Below, piece after piece: positions 1 to 10,365 of a stretch of DNA of 62,719 nucleotides. The translations under genes were made by a program, and so were the position numbers. The stretch spans positions 1 through 62,719 of the forward strand of contig JBDRNT010000052.1 in the NCBI GenBank assembly GCA_043810925.1. Direction: 5' to 3'. Below the pieces are notes generated by a model, which worked only from the letters and a program-made list of their open reading frames with translations, made no database searches and was not told the DNA's origin. Positions within the stretch are counted from its first letter, which is position 1. The number at the start of each line of letters is the position of its first letter. The DNA comes from Candidatus Eiseniibacteriota bacterium. Lineage in GTDB: Bacteria; Arandabacterota; Arandabacteria; Arandabacterales; Arandabacteraceae.

Positions 1-153
1 TGCAGTGAGGCACTGACACCAAAACCTGCGAAGTCCCGGCAATGGCTGGACGCTGATCACTCAGTTATAAGGGGTGAGATCACCCCACCCCGAGGGCGGC
101 GTATGCCCTATTGACAGGTGCCTCTTAATGGGTGACCCCACTAGTTTGGATCG

Positions 154-180
154 AAACGCTTAATTTCAGGACCTGACCCC
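154..180. repeat. REP-like repeat, family B (AAACGCTTAATTTCAGGACCTGACCCC)
   Basis: 26/27 identical to the reverse complement of 23026-23052; core GGGGTCAGG also in the arms at 53586-53719. Confidence 0.8.
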
Positions 181-250
181 GAGGGTTCCAAGGGTTTTTC
201 CCACGGTTGCGCCGCTTGAATCTCGAGAGACCGGGTGTTACGGTGAGCGT

Positions 251-1279
251 ATGAGAGCTATGGTGCTAAAGGAGATCTGTGACCTTAGGAGCAACACCGC
301 TCCGCTTGAGCTTGTAGATATTCCTACGCCCGTGCCGGGAAAGAAGGACATCCTGGTCAAGATCTCCGCATGCGGAGTGTGTCATACCGAGCTAGATGAA
401 ATCGAAGGCCGGACTGCCCCGCCTCATCTTCCGGTTGTACCGGGTCACCAGGTAATAGGGCGAGTGGAAGCCGGCGGTTATGCTGGCGGTCCATTCAAAC
501 CCGGAGACAGGGTGGGTATCGCATGGATCTACTCGGCATGCGGCAAATGCAGGTTCTGTCTGGGCGGCAATGAGAATTTGTGCCCCGATTTCCAGGCAAC
601 AGGCAGAGATGTGAACGGTGGCTATGCTGAGTATATGATTGTTCCTGAGGACTTCGCCTATCGGATCCCTAAGGTGTTCTCGGACTCTGAGGCGGCGCCG
701 CTCCTGTGCGCCGGGGCCATCGGGTATCGATCGCTGAGGCTAACGGGTCTTAAGGATGGACAGAGCCTGGGGCTTACCGGGTTTGGGGCATCGGCACACC
801 TGGTGCTTAAGATGGTAAGGTACAAATACCCTGACTCAAGAGTCTTCGTGTTCGCAAGAAGTGAGAAGGAGCGGGGCTTCGCGATGGAACTTGGTGCGGT
901 CTGGGCCGGCGGCACCGACGAGGCTCCACCGGAAAGACTGGATTCGATCATCGATACAACTCCGGTGTGGAAGCCCGTTGTTGAGGCTTTGAAGCATCTC
1001 GAACCAGGCGGGAGGCTGGTGATCAATGCTATTCGCAAGGAGGATGCGGACAAGGACTACCTGCTCCGGTGTGATTACCCCGCCCATCTGTGGATGGAAA
1101 AGGAGATCAAGAGCGTTGCTAATGTTACGAGGGCGGATGTCGGTGAATTCCTCGAACTTGCCGCGAGGATACCACTAAGGCCCGAGGTTGAGGAATTCGC
1201 ACTCGAAGACGCAAATGCCGCTCTCGTGGAACTCAAACAACGGAAGATAAGAGGTGCGAAAGTCCTCCGACTGGCCTGA
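251..1279 (+). CDS. Zinc-dependent alcohol dehydrogenase (MDR, AdhP-like)
   Basis: CGVCHTE, GHQVIG, structural-Zn CGKCRFC...C, GFGASA Rossmann motif. Confidence 0.93.
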   Translation: MRAMVLKEICDLRSNTAPLELVDIPTPVPGKKDILVKISACGVCHTELDEIEGRTAPPHLPVVPGHQVIGRVEAGGYAGGPFKPGDRVGIAWIYSACGKCRFCLGGNENLCPDFQATGRDVNGGYAEYMIVPEDFAYRIPKVFSDSEAAPLLCAGAIGYRSLRLTGLKDGQSLGLTGFGASAHLVLKMVRYKYPDSRVFVFARSEKERGFAMELGAVWAGGTDEAPPERLDSIIDTTPVWKPVVEALKHLEPGGRLVINAIRKEDADKDYLLRCDYPAHLWMEKEIKSVANVTRADVGEFLELAARIPLRPEVEEFALEDANAALVELKQRKIRGAKVLRLA

Positions 1280-1305
1280 GCCTATGCAACCTGTGAGGTC
1301 ATCGT

Positions 1306-3357
1306 ATGAAGCAACGAGAAGCTCGTTCGGCAGTGGGACTTATCACCGGGGTGCTGGTCACTGCAATGATTGGCCTGGCGATGCCTAGCGGTGAATGCGC
1401 TCCCCGGAAACCGGGAGAGATCGCGGTTCATTCTCCGGATCAGAGACTTGAAGTCTCGTTCGATGTAGTCGAGGGGAGACCCCACTACGGAGTCACGTAT
1501 AACGGTGTCGAGGTGATCGCACCGTCATCGCTGGGGCTCGCCTTCCGGCGTGAACAACCCATGGATCGGGACTTCGCGATTGACGATGTCCGCAGGGCCG
1601 GTTCTGACGAGACATGGACACCCGTTTGGGGTCAGTCCAGCAAGATCAGGAGCAACTACAACGAGCTCACAGTTAACCTGATTGAGAAAGTGCCTCCGAA
1701 CAGGCGACTGTCGATCATCTTCAGGGTCTTTGACGACGGTCTTGGCTTCCGATATCATCTCCCGGAGCAGGCCGGCATGAAGGACTTCGAGATAATGTCC
1801 GAGGATACCCGCTTCTCGTTTACCGGCAATCACACCACGTGGTGGATTCCGGCCGACTTCGACAGCTATGAGCATCTCTATACCAAGTCTTCCCTCGCGG
1901 ATGTCCAGGCCGTAAATACCCCGGTCACGATGAAGACCGCAGATGGTATCTACATCAGTATTCATGAGGCCAACTTGACCGACTATGCGGGGATGACACT
2001 GGCCCGCCTGGGGAATCCATCGCACCCGCCGACGGCTCCACACGTACTGAAGTCCAGTCTCGTTCCCTGGCCGGATGGATCGAAGGTCAAGGCAACAACA
2101 CCACTGAGCACACCCTGGCGTACAATCCAGATAACCACCTGGCCGGGCGGTCTTGTTGAATCCAATCTCATTCTCAACCTGAACGAACCCTGCGTGATCG
2201 ACGATACATCATGGATAAAGCCTGTGAAGTACATCGGCATATGGTGGGGTATGCACATCGGCAAATACACCTGGGACGCCGGACCGCGACATGGGGCGAC
2301 TACCGAGAATGCGATGCGCCACATTGATTTCGCATCAAGACACGGGATTCCGGCTGTCTTGATAGAGGGCTGGAACACCGGATGGGACAGATGGGGCCAG
2401 CAAGGTGCATATGATTACGTAACACCGTACCCGGACTTCGACCTGGAGGGTGTGGTGGAGTACGCCCGCAAGCAAGGTGTGTCACTTGTAGGCCACCATG
2501 AGACGGGCGGGGATGTCCCGGGCTATGAAACGCAGATCGACGCGGCGTTCAGCCTCTATGAGAAACTGGGTGTGCCGGCCGTGAAAACTGGTTATGCCGG
2601 CAAAATCTATCCACGGGGGCAGTATCACCACGGCCAGTGGATGGTGAACCATTACCGCATGGTGGTGGAGAAAGCGGCCCGGCACCGGTTGATGCTCGAC
2701 GTACATGAACCGATAAAGCCTACAGGCATCAGTCGCACGTACCCTCACATGATGACGAGAGAAGGCGTGAGAGGAACCGAGTTCAATGCCTGGAGCGATG
2801 GAAATCCGCCGGAGCATACCACGATCCTGCCCTTTACCAGGATGCTTGCAGGTCCGCTTGATTACACGCCCGGGATATTCGACCTGACTTTTGATGAGTA
2901 CAAGAAGGAAAACAGGGTTCGATCGACGCTGGCCAACCAGCTCGCGCTCTTTGTGGTGCTCTACAGCCCGCTTCAGATGGCCGCGGATCTTCCGGAAAAC
3001 TACGAAGATAACCCGGCATTTGAGTTTATCGAAAAGGTCCCGGTTGATTGGGACGAGACCCGGGTTCTCAACGGAGAGATCGGGGACTTTGTCACGATAG
3101 CTCGAAGACATGGTGAGAGCTGGTACATAGGGAGCATTACGGACGAAGACCAGCGTACCTTGACGCTCCAATTGTCTTTTCTCGATAGTGACACGACGTA
3201 CACCGCCCGGATCTTCGCCGATGCTGAGGATGCCGATTGGGACGAGAACCCGGCCGCAATCAGTATCCGCGACGAAGCCGTAACCTCGGATACCATCCTC
3301 ACGGTCGGTCTTGCCCCCGGGGGAGGTCAGGCGATCATCATTTATCCCGCCGAGTAG
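1306..3357 (+). CDS. Exported glycoside hydrolase family 97 (SusB-like alpha-glucosidase)
   Basis: Signal peptide; YIGIWWGMH, LIEGWN, HHETGG, HEPIKPTG, REGVRGTE, GPLDYTPG motifs. Confidence 0.95.
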   Translation: MKQREARSAVGLITGVLVTAMIGLAMPSGECAPRKPGEIAVHSPDQRLEVSFDVVEGRPHYGVTYNGVEVIAPSSLGLAFRREQPMDRDFAIDDVRRAGSDETWTPVWGQSSKIRSNYNELTVNLIEKVPPNRRLSIIFRVFDDGLGFRYHLPEQAGMKDFEIMSEDTRFSFTGNHTTWWIPADFDSYEHLYTKSSLADVQAVNTPVTMKTADGIYISIHEANLTDYAGMTLARLGNPSHPPTAPHVLKSSLVPWPDGSKVKATTPLSTPWRTIQITTWPGGLVESNLILNLNEPCVIDDTSWIKPVKYIGIWWGMHIGKYTWDAGPRHGATTENAMRHIDFASRHGIPAVLIEGWNTGWDRWGQQGAYDYVTPYPDFDLEGVVEYARKQGVSLVGHHETGGDVPGYETQIDAAFSLYEKLGVPAVKTGYAGKIYPRGQYHHGQWMVNHYRMVVEKAARHRLMLDVHEPIKPTGISRTYPHMMTREGVRGTEFNAWSDGNPPEHTTILPFTRMLAGPLDYTPGIFDLTFDEYKKENRVRSTLANQLALFVVLYSPLQMAADLPENYEDNPAFEFIEKVPVDWDETRVLNGEIGDFVTIARRHGESWYIGSITDEDQRTLTLQLSFLDSDTTYTARIFADAEDADWDENPAAISIRDEAVTSDTILTVGLAPGGGQAIIIYPAE

Positions 3358-3377
3358 ACGTGTTATAATGGTGTGTA

Positions 3378-4490
3378 ATGAACCGAAGCGTTGTTGTGCT
3401 GGGACTGCTCTGTATTATGCTTGCCGGCTCGGCTCGCACATGCGTTACCAGCCGGAGCCGGTTACAGCAAGGGCCGGGTTTTATCAAAGGGGCGGATGTA
3501 TCTTTTCTCGACCAGATCGAGGACTCCGGAGGAGTATTCACTGAAGACGGAGTTGCCGGGGATGTCCTCGAGATCCTGAAGGATCACGGTTTCAATTACA
3601 TTCGTCTGAGAATCTGGCATACCCCCTCGGATCGGTACTGCAATCTCGACAGAACGCTCGCCATGGCCGCGCGTATCAACGATCTAGGCCTCGGGTTCCT
3701 GCTTGATCTCCACTACTCCGACACGTGGGCGGATCCCGGCAGGCAGACCAAGCCGGCCGCCTGGACAGGCGTCTCCTTCGACGACCTCAAGGACAGTGTT
3801 TACCACTACACACGTCATGTCATCGCAGCGCTGGACAGTCAGAACACGTTGCCCGACATGGTTCAAATTGGTAACGAGGTCATCTGCGGTATGCTCTGGG
3901 ACGACGGACGTGTATGCGGCCCGTTTGATACACCGGATCAGTGGGTCAAGTTTGCACGATTGGTCTCAGAAGGGATAAGGGGTGTGAGGGACGGCATGGG
4001 TCCGGGTGATTCGATCAGGATAATGATCCATATCGACCGGGGTGGTGACAGCGCCGGCAGTCAGTGGTTCTTCGATAACCTGCTTGCACACGGTGTCTAT
4101 TTCGATGTAATCGGTCTCTCCTACTATCCCTGGTGGCACGGGACCATGGATGATCTCCGCGCAAACCTCGAAATGCTCGCTGAGCGCTATGACAAAGACA
4201 TAATCATTGCTGAGACCGCCTACCCCTGGACGCTTGACTGGTTTGATAATACCCATAACATCGTTGGTCTCTCCGAGCAGCTTCATCCGGGCTACCCGGC
4301 GTCAGTGGAGGGCCAGAGACAGTTCCTGATAGACTTAATAGGCGTGATCGACACAACGCCCGGCAACCGGGGCAGGGGTTTGTTCTACTGGTCACCCGAG
4401 TATATCTCGGCACCGGCACTTGGCTCACCATGGGAGAACGTGACGCTCTTTGACTTCAACGGTCTCTGGCACAGCGGAAGCCTACATTGA
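3378..4490 (+). CDS. Exported GH53 endo-1,4-beta-galactanase
   Basis: KGADVS, LDLHYSDTWADPG, VQIGNE, SYYPWWHG, IAETAYP. Confidence 0.93.
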   Translation: MNRSVVVLGLLCIMLAGSARTCVTSRSRLQQGPGFIKGADVSFLDQIEDSGGVFTEDGVAGDVLEILKDHGFNYIRLRIWHTPSDRYCNLDRTLAMAARINDLGLGFLLDLHYSDTWADPGRQTKPAAWTGVSFDDLKDSVYHYTRHVIAALDSQNTLPDMVQIGNEVICGMLWDDGRVCGPFDTPDQWVKFARLVSEGIRGVRDGMGPGDSIRIMIHIDRGGDSAGSQWFFDNLLAHGVYFDVIGLSYYPWWHGTMDDLRANLEMLAERYDKDIIIAETAYPWTLDWFDNTHNIVGLSEQLHPGYPASVEGQRQFLIDLIGVIDTTPGNRGRGLFYWSPEYISAPALGSPWENVTLFDFNGLWHSGSLH

Positions 4491-5247
4491 AGTCAACCCA
4501 GTTGGGCGGCAACCCATTACGGTAGAACACCTTGCTGCATCCCGGACCCGTATGCCAGCCGCCGCCCCGGAACACGCGGAACTTGCCCTCATCCGGACCG
4601 GCGGGGTTCTTGTCGGGGCACGCCTTGTAATAGTCACCGGCATAGTAATCTGCTACCCACTCCCCGACGTTTCCTACCATGTCATGAAGACCAAAGCCAT
4701 TGGCAGGATAGCTCGCAACGGCTATGGTGCCGCCCTTGTCGGCCCGCGAGAAATTTGCAGTGCTCGAATCGATCTTGTCCCCGCCGGGGTAGTCCTTGCC
4801 GACCAACCCTCCCCTGGCCGCGTATTCCCACTCAGATTCACTCGGAAGACGCTTCCCTGCCCACTCCGCATAGGCCTCGGCGTCGTGCCAACTGATACCT
4901 GTTACCGGATGGTTGGGGAAGTCGGGGCCGGAACGGAAATGATCCATGCCCCAGAATTCAGGAAGATTCCTCTCGGTCGCTTCGCAGAATTCGGCATACT
5001 GGGCGTTTGTTACCTCATACTTATCCATGTAGAACTCATCGAGATAGACCATATGTGCCGGACCGTGATCGTCCTTGCCTTCTTTACCCATCTCGAATTC
5101 ACCGCCGGGGATCAAGACCATCTCCGATTTCGTGACGCCTCGTGTAGTGCTCGCCTGCTCGGGCTCATCTGCCCGTGGCTGCGCTGAGACCACAGGGCTA
5201 AGAAGAATGATTGCGATCACGACCACACTGCATAATCTTCTGAGCAT
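4456..5247 (-). CDS. FGE-sulfatase (SUMF1/EgtB/PvdO) domain exported protein
   Basis: KRLPSESEWEYAARGG, PANGFGLHDMVGNVGEW, RGGGW, GFRCA; signal peptide. Confidence 0.92.
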   Translation of the reverse strand: MLRRLCSVVVIAIILLSPVVSAQPRADEPEQASTTRGVTKSEMVLIPGGEFEMGKEGKDDHGPAHMVYLDEFYMDKYEVTNAQYAEFCEATERNLPEFWGMDHFRSGPDFPNHPVTGISWHDAEAYAEWAGKRLPSESEWEYAARGGLVGKDYPGGDKIDSSTANFSRADKGGTIAVASYPANGFGLHDMVGNVGEWVADYYAGDYYKACPDKNPAGPDEGKFRVFRGGGWHTGPGCSKVFYRNGLPPNWVDFNVGFRCARDR

Positions 5248-5483
5248 TGCTCCTCCCGCGGTTGATACTCACCACTCCACCTAACCATAGATGCACCACA
5301 GCATGCAGTCAAGTCCTCGCCCTCTCCGCCGGAGCGGTCTCCTGCGAAGTACGTATGCCATATCGCACGATACCACGAATCAGCTCTAAAGCCTGGCCTG
5401 TCATGCCGATACTCAATACGGAAGGTATATTCATCTCCTGAATTTGGAGGTCGTCAAATCTCAGCCACAAGGAGAGCATAGCT

Positions 5484-6050
5484 GTGCGCAGGGGATTAGT
5501 ATGCGTATTTCTGCTCACGTCTTCCTTGGCGGCAGTGTGCGCTGTGCCGGGGCCTATCAATGCTGAAGAGACCCAACCACCGGTTCCTATCGAATACCAG
5601 GTCAAGGCTGCATTTCTGTACCGGTTCATGCACTTCGTTGAATGGCCGGAGGAGCTGGCCCCGAAAATTGAGGGCGCGGTCATCATTGGCGTCATTGGGA
5701 ACGGGCCGATGCATGCTGCACTCGTGGCCATAACTGCCAGCAGCAAGTATCCTCAGAGGCTGGTGATCAAGCGTTTCGATGATCCACAGGACCTTGAATT
5801 CTGCCATATGCTCTTTATCAGTGCCTCTGCAGAGGGCCAATCCAAAGCCATCCTGAAACAACTCGGTGATCGCGGCACCCTGACGGTCGGAGAGTTTGAC
5901 GGGTTCGCCCGTCAGGGCGGCATGATCAACTTCATTATTGTCGACAAGGTGGTCCGCTTTGAGATAAATCCGGATTCTGCGAAACGAGCAAATCTTAAGA
6001 TCAGCTCCAAGCTCCTGAGGTTGGCGAAAATCGTGAACGGGGGCAGATGA
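5484..6050 (+). CDS. yfiR: YfiR/DUF4154 family periplasmic protein
   Basis: EYQVKAAFLYRFMHFVEWP, GGMINF, FEIN...LKISSKLLRLA. Confidence 0.9.
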   Translation: MRRGLVCVFLLTSSLAAVCAVPGPINAEETQPPVPIEYQVKAAFLYRFMHFVEWPEELAPKIEGAVIIGVIGNGPMHAALVAITASSKYPQRLVIKRFDDPQDLEFCHMLFISASAEGQSKAILKQLGDRGTLTVGEFDGFARQGGMINFIIVDKVVRFEINPDSAKRANLKISSKLLRLAKIVNGGR

Positions 6051-6072
6051 GCGACATGAGGGGAGACCGGCT

Positions 6073-8100
6073 ATGTTAAGGGTAGTGGCGGCTGCATTCT
6101 TTGTGGTGTCGCTGGCGGTGAGTTCGTGGGCAGGCAGCGCCGACGATGCTGACGATGGTCCGGGTGGGCTCTATCAGCTCAGTATCGAGGAGCTGATGGA
6201 GATCGAAGTCACATCGGTTTCGCGCAGGCCGGAAAGGCTCTCCGAGACAGCTGCGGCCGTATTTGTGATCACAGCGGAGGATATCCGGCGCTCAGGGTTC
6301 ACAAGTATCGCCGAGGCTTTGAGAATGGTCCCGGGACTCGAGGTTGCCCGGATTGATGCGAGCAAGTGGTCGGTGGCCAGCCGAGGGTTCAGTGGTCGGC
6401 TTGCAAGCAAACTGCTGGTGCTCATTGACGGACGGAGCGTGTACACACCGCTCTTCTCGGGCGTGTTCTGGAACAGACAGGATGTGTTGCTCGAGGACAT
6501 TAGCCGTATCGAGGTGATTCGTGGCCCGGGAGCGACCCTCTGGGGGGCGAACGCGGTTAACGGCGTCATAAATATCATAACCAAGGGTGCAGATGAAACC
6601 TGTTCCGTCATAGGAAGCATCGGTGGTGGGTCTGAGGAGCGGGGGTTTGGCAACTTCAGGTATGGGGCGAGGATCGGCGACGCGACATTCTACAGGGTCT
6701 ACGCGAAGTACCTCGACCGGGACGATTCCGTTTATCCTTCGGGCGCACGTGCGACGGACGGGTGGTGGGATCTCCGCAGCGGGTTCCGGGTGGACTCCGG
6801 CCTGGATGGCGGTGATCACCTGACAATTCAAGGAGACGTCTATGGCAGCAGGCTTGGCGAGACATTTACGAGAGGCGATCGTTCGAGCCCGCTTTACGTT
6901 GAGATCGTCGAAAATCAGGCGGAGGTTTTCGGGGTGAACCTGCTTGGCAGGTGGAAGCATGTCTCTGAGGGCTCGTCGGAGATGACCCTGCAGATGTACC
7001 TGGACCGCGCCACACACTCAAGCGAGTTCGTGGTGCACACGGATAGGATGTTCGATGTGGACTGCGAACATCAGATTATAATCGGCGGCAGACAGGAACT
7101 GATATGGGGTCTTGGGTATCGTCTTGTCGATAGCCGGACAGACGCTACTCTGAATACATGGTTCGAACCTGAGGACCGCCGGGTAAATATCTTCAGCGCT
7201 TTTGTACAGGACAACATCGGTCTGGCCGTCGACAGACTGCGGTTGACCGTAGGATCGAAGTTCGAACACAACGGCTACACGGAATATGAGATACAGCCCA
7301 ATGTGAGGCTGCTATGGACGCCGGGGCCCCGGCATACAGCCTGGGCGGCAGTATCACGGGCAGTAAGGACGCCATCGCGGGCTGATCGCGATGTCAATCT
7401 GGCCGCTGAGTTGATACCCGCCGGTGTGCTTTTTCCGGACACGCTGTACACGCAGAGTATCATCACCGCCAACCAGGATTTCGTTTCGGAGCGACTGGTT
7501 GCATATGAGTTCGGATACCGCATCCATCCGGTCGGGGCCGTGTCACTTGACTTTGCCGCGTTTCACAACCGCTATGACGACCTGCTCACCGTAGAGCAAG
7601 GGTTGCCGTATATCGAGATGTCTCCAGAACCCCACTATGTCCTGCCCATGGTGATAGCTAATAAGATGAGTGGATACACTTACGGGTTTGAGCTCGCGTC
7701 CGAGTGGGAGTTGCACAGATACTGGCGCTTGCGGTTGGGATACACTTATCTGAAGATGGAGCTTACACCCGATGATACGAGCACGGATGTGTTGTCTGAA
7801 GCCGCCGAGGGGCAAAGCCCCCGCCATCAATTCTGCCTCTACTCGAGGATGGATCTTCCTCGCGAGGTTGAGGTTGATTTTGGATTCCGCTATGTGGACG
7901 AGCTCCCGAACCTGGGGCTGGATAGCTACTCCAGCCTGGATGCCAGGATCGGCTTGAATTGCCTGGGGCCGGTCGGGATATCCGTTGTCGGTCAGAACCT
8001 GCTTGAGAGCCGGCACACGGAAATGACAAGTCTGTACCTGGATTCTGTTCCGACCGAGATCGAGCGCGGTGTATATGCGATGATACGATTCCGGAAGTGA
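6073..8100 (+). CDS. TonB-dependent receptor (YfiR-associated type)
   Basis: LSIEELMEIEVTSVS N-terminus, plug motif RIEVIRGPGATLWGANAVNGVINIITK, beta-barrel ending in aromatic residue. Confidence 0.93.
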   Translation: MLRVVAAAFFVVSLAVSSWAGSADDADDGPGGLYQLSIEELMEIEVTSVSRRPERLSETAAAVFVITAEDIRRSGFTSIAEALRMVPGLEVARIDASKWSVASRGFSGRLASKLLVLIDGRSVYTPLFSGVFWNRQDVLLEDISRIEVIRGPGATLWGANAVNGVINIITKGADETCSVIGSIGGGSEERGFGNFRYGARIGDATFYRVYAKYLDRDDSVYPSGARATDGWWDLRSGFRVDSGLDGGDHLTIQGDVYGSRLGETFTRGDRSSPLYVEIVENQAEVFGVNLLGRWKHVSEGSSEMTLQMYLDRATHSSEFVVHTDRMFDVDCEHQIIIGGRQELIWGLGYRLVDSRTDATLNTWFEPEDRRVNIFSAFVQDNIGLAVDRLRLTVGSKFEHNGYTEYEIQPNVRLLWTPGPRHTAWAAVSRAVRTPSRADRDVNLAAELIPAGVLFPDTLYTQSIITANQDFVSERLVAYEFGYRIHPVGAVSLDFAAFHNRYDDLLTVEQGLPYIEMSPEPHYVLPMVIANKMSGYTYGFELASEWELHRYWRLRLGYTYLKMELTPDDTSTDVLSEAAEGQSPRHQFCLYSRMDLPREVEVDFGFRYVDELPNLGLDSYSSLDARIGLNCLGPVGISVVGQNLLESRHTEMTSLYLDSVPTEIERGVYAMIRFRK

Positions 8101-8242
8101 CCGCCCCACCCAATACCTATCATTCCAATCATTGGTATTGATCACCGTTCATGAGAGATATACACTGGTCGTGCCCACTACATAAAGAATCGCTTAAAGC
8201 ACAAGGCCGGGTCCCGACGGCCCGGGAAGGAAAGGAGCTATC

Positions 8243-10303
8243 ATGGCGAAACGCAAGAGACGGCACATCACAGCGGAAGACCTTTACCGGTTCAGGCTGA
8301 TCACTGCTTCTGACGTCTCGCCGGATGGTCGCCATGTGGCATTCTGCCTCCAGCGGGTCGACAAGGCGACTGAGAAGAAACACTCGAACCTGTGGGTCGT
8401 ACCGACGCAGGGAGGCCGCCCGCGCCAGTTCACGTATGGCGACCAGGCTGACAGCCAACCGAAGTGGTCCCCCGATGGCAGGTGGATTGCTTTCCTTTCG
8501 AACCGGAAGGACGAAAGACAATCGCAAATCTATGTTATTCCATTTGCCGGTGGCGAGGCCCGACAGGTGACCCGCCTCGAGGGTTCATTCGCTTCATTTG
8601 AATGGTCACCCGACGGTAAGCAGATAGTCTGCCAGTTCCGAAAGAGAGACACGGATGAGATAGAGCGTGAGAAGGATGAGCAGAAGAAGAAGTTGGGAAT
8701 CGTATCGCGCCACATTTCGCGGGTCTTTTTCAAGCTCGACGAGGCCGGCTTTCTGCCCAGGGAACGCTGGCACATCTGGACGGTCAGTGTGGCAACCGGA
8801 AGTGCGAAGCAATTGACCGATAGCCCGGTCTTTGATGATGTCGAACCACGGTGGTCTCCCGACGGCCGGCAGATAGTGTTTTGCTCGAATCGCGCGAAGG
8901 ATCCGGACCTGGATCCCGATGCGGTGGATCTATTTGTGATCCGCCGGCGGGGAGGCACGGCGCGAAAACTCAAGACCAGCGTGGGATTCAAATTCATGCC
9001 GGCGTTTTCGCCCGATGGGAAATGGGTTGCTTACTATGCCTTGGAGGGTCGGGGTAAGTGGTGGAAGAATATAGGGTTGTGGGTCGTACCGGTTACAGGT
9101 AACGGCAAGGCCAGGAACCTGACCAAGAAGCTTGATTTCAACGTGAACAGCTGGACAATCAATGACCTTCCCGGGTCCCCCGCGATGATGCCACCCACCT
9201 GGTCGAGGGACGGCCGGAAACTTTACTTCCAGGTTTCACGTCACGGGAACACGGTTGTCTATTCGATCGGACTTGAGGGCACGCAGCGAAGCCTCGAACT
9301 CGTTCTTGGAGATGTGGGTGTTGTTGGTTCCTTTGGTCTCGACAGGGCAGAGTCAAAGATGGCGTACTTCCACGCCGACATGATGACTCCGGGGGATATC
9401 TGGGTCCGCGACCTGGCAGCTGGACGCACGAAGAGGCTCACGAACGTCAATGCACGTGTTCTGAATTCCCTGGATCTCGGCCAGATCGAGGAGGTCTGGT
9501 TTAAGGGTGCGGCGGGCAACGATCTTCAGGGCTGGATCCTAATGCCTCCGGGTTTCAGAAAGTCAGGCAAGTATCCTTCCATCCTGGAGATTCACGGCGG
9601 TCCCAGCGTGCAGTACGGTAACTTCTTCATGCATGAATTCTTCTATCTTGCTGCCCAGGGATACGTCGTCTACTTCAGCAACCCGCGTGGCGGTCAGGGA
9701 TATGGGGAGGGGCACTCCAGAGCGATCTGGAACAACTGGGGAACAGTAGATTATGAAGACCTGATGGCCTGGGCGGATCTGGTTGCAAGAAGACGTTACA
9801 TCGATAAGACCAGAATGGGTGTCACCGGTGGCAGCTACGGTGGCTATATGACAAACTGGATCATCGGACAGACCGACAGGTTTGCCGCCGCGGTGACCCA
9901 GCGCAGCGTAAGCAACATGATTAGCATGTGGGGCTCAAGCGACTTCAACTGGTCGTTTGAGATGGAGCTTGGTGGGAAGCCGCCCTGGGAGAATCATGAG
10001 AATTACTGGCGGCAATCACCTATGAAGCACATCGGCAATGCGAAGACGCCGACGCTTGTAATCCACAGCGAACAGGACCTGCGCTGCGCGATCGAGCAGG
10101 GAGAGCAAGTATTCGTGGCGCTTAAGCGGCTTGGTGTCGACACCGAGATGGTGCGGTTCCCCGACGAGCCTCACGGGCTTTCGCGTGGAGGCCGGACGGA
10201 CCGGCGTGTGGTGAGGCTGAAGCACATCGTGCGCTGGTTCGATCGTTACTTGAAAGGGCAGCGGGTTTCGCGAAAACGCGTAGCGAAGAAACGGGGGAAG
10301 TGA
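8243..10303 (+). CDS. S9 family peptidase (acylaminoacyl/dipeptidyl) with PD40 propeller
   Basis: WSPDG repeats, IHGGP, GGSYGG nucleophile, Asp (EQDLRC), His (EPHG). Confidence 0.95.
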   Translation: MAKRKRRHITAEDLYRFRLITASDVSPDGRHVAFCLQRVDKATEKKHSNLWVVPTQGGRPRQFTYGDQADSQPKWSPDGRWIAFLSNRKDERQSQIYVIPFAGGEARQVTRLEGSFASFEWSPDGKQIVCQFRKRDTDEIEREKDEQKKKLGIVSRHISRVFFKLDEAGFLPRERWHIWTVSVATGSAKQLTDSPVFDDVEPRWSPDGRQIVFCSNRAKDPDLDPDAVDLFVIRRRGGTARKLKTSVGFKFMPAFSPDGKWVAYYALEGRGKWWKNIGLWVVPVTGNGKARNLTKKLDFNVNSWTINDLPGSPAMMPPTWSRDGRKLYFQVSRHGNTVVYSIGLEGTQRSLELVLGDVGVVGSFGLDRAESKMAYFHADMMTPGDIWVRDLAAGRTKRLTNVNARVLNSLDLGQIEEVWFKGAAGNDLQGWILMPPGFRKSGKYPSILEIHGGPSVQYGNFFMHEFFYLAAQGYVVYFSNPRGGQGYGEGHSRAIWNNWGTVDYEDLMAWADLVARRRYIDKTRMGVTGGSYGGYMTNWIIGQTDRFAAAVTQRSVSNMISMWGSSDFNWSFEMELGGKPPWENHENYWRQSPMKHIGNAKTPTLVIHSEQDLRCAIEQGEQVFVALKRLGVDTEMVRFPDEPHGLSRGGRTDRRVVRLKHIVRWFDRYLKGQRVSRKRVAKKRGK

Positions 10304-10365
10304 GAAACTCCCACTGATGTATGATACGGGCTATGACCAAACCGGTGTAGCGAGGAGATCGAAAA

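Noticed and set aside
4456-5247. Diversity-generating retroelement target (FGE/CLec fold) or true formylglycine-generating enzyme
   Set aside because: No reverse transcriptase or template repeat seen in the window; the two-Cys catalytic motif of FGE is absent
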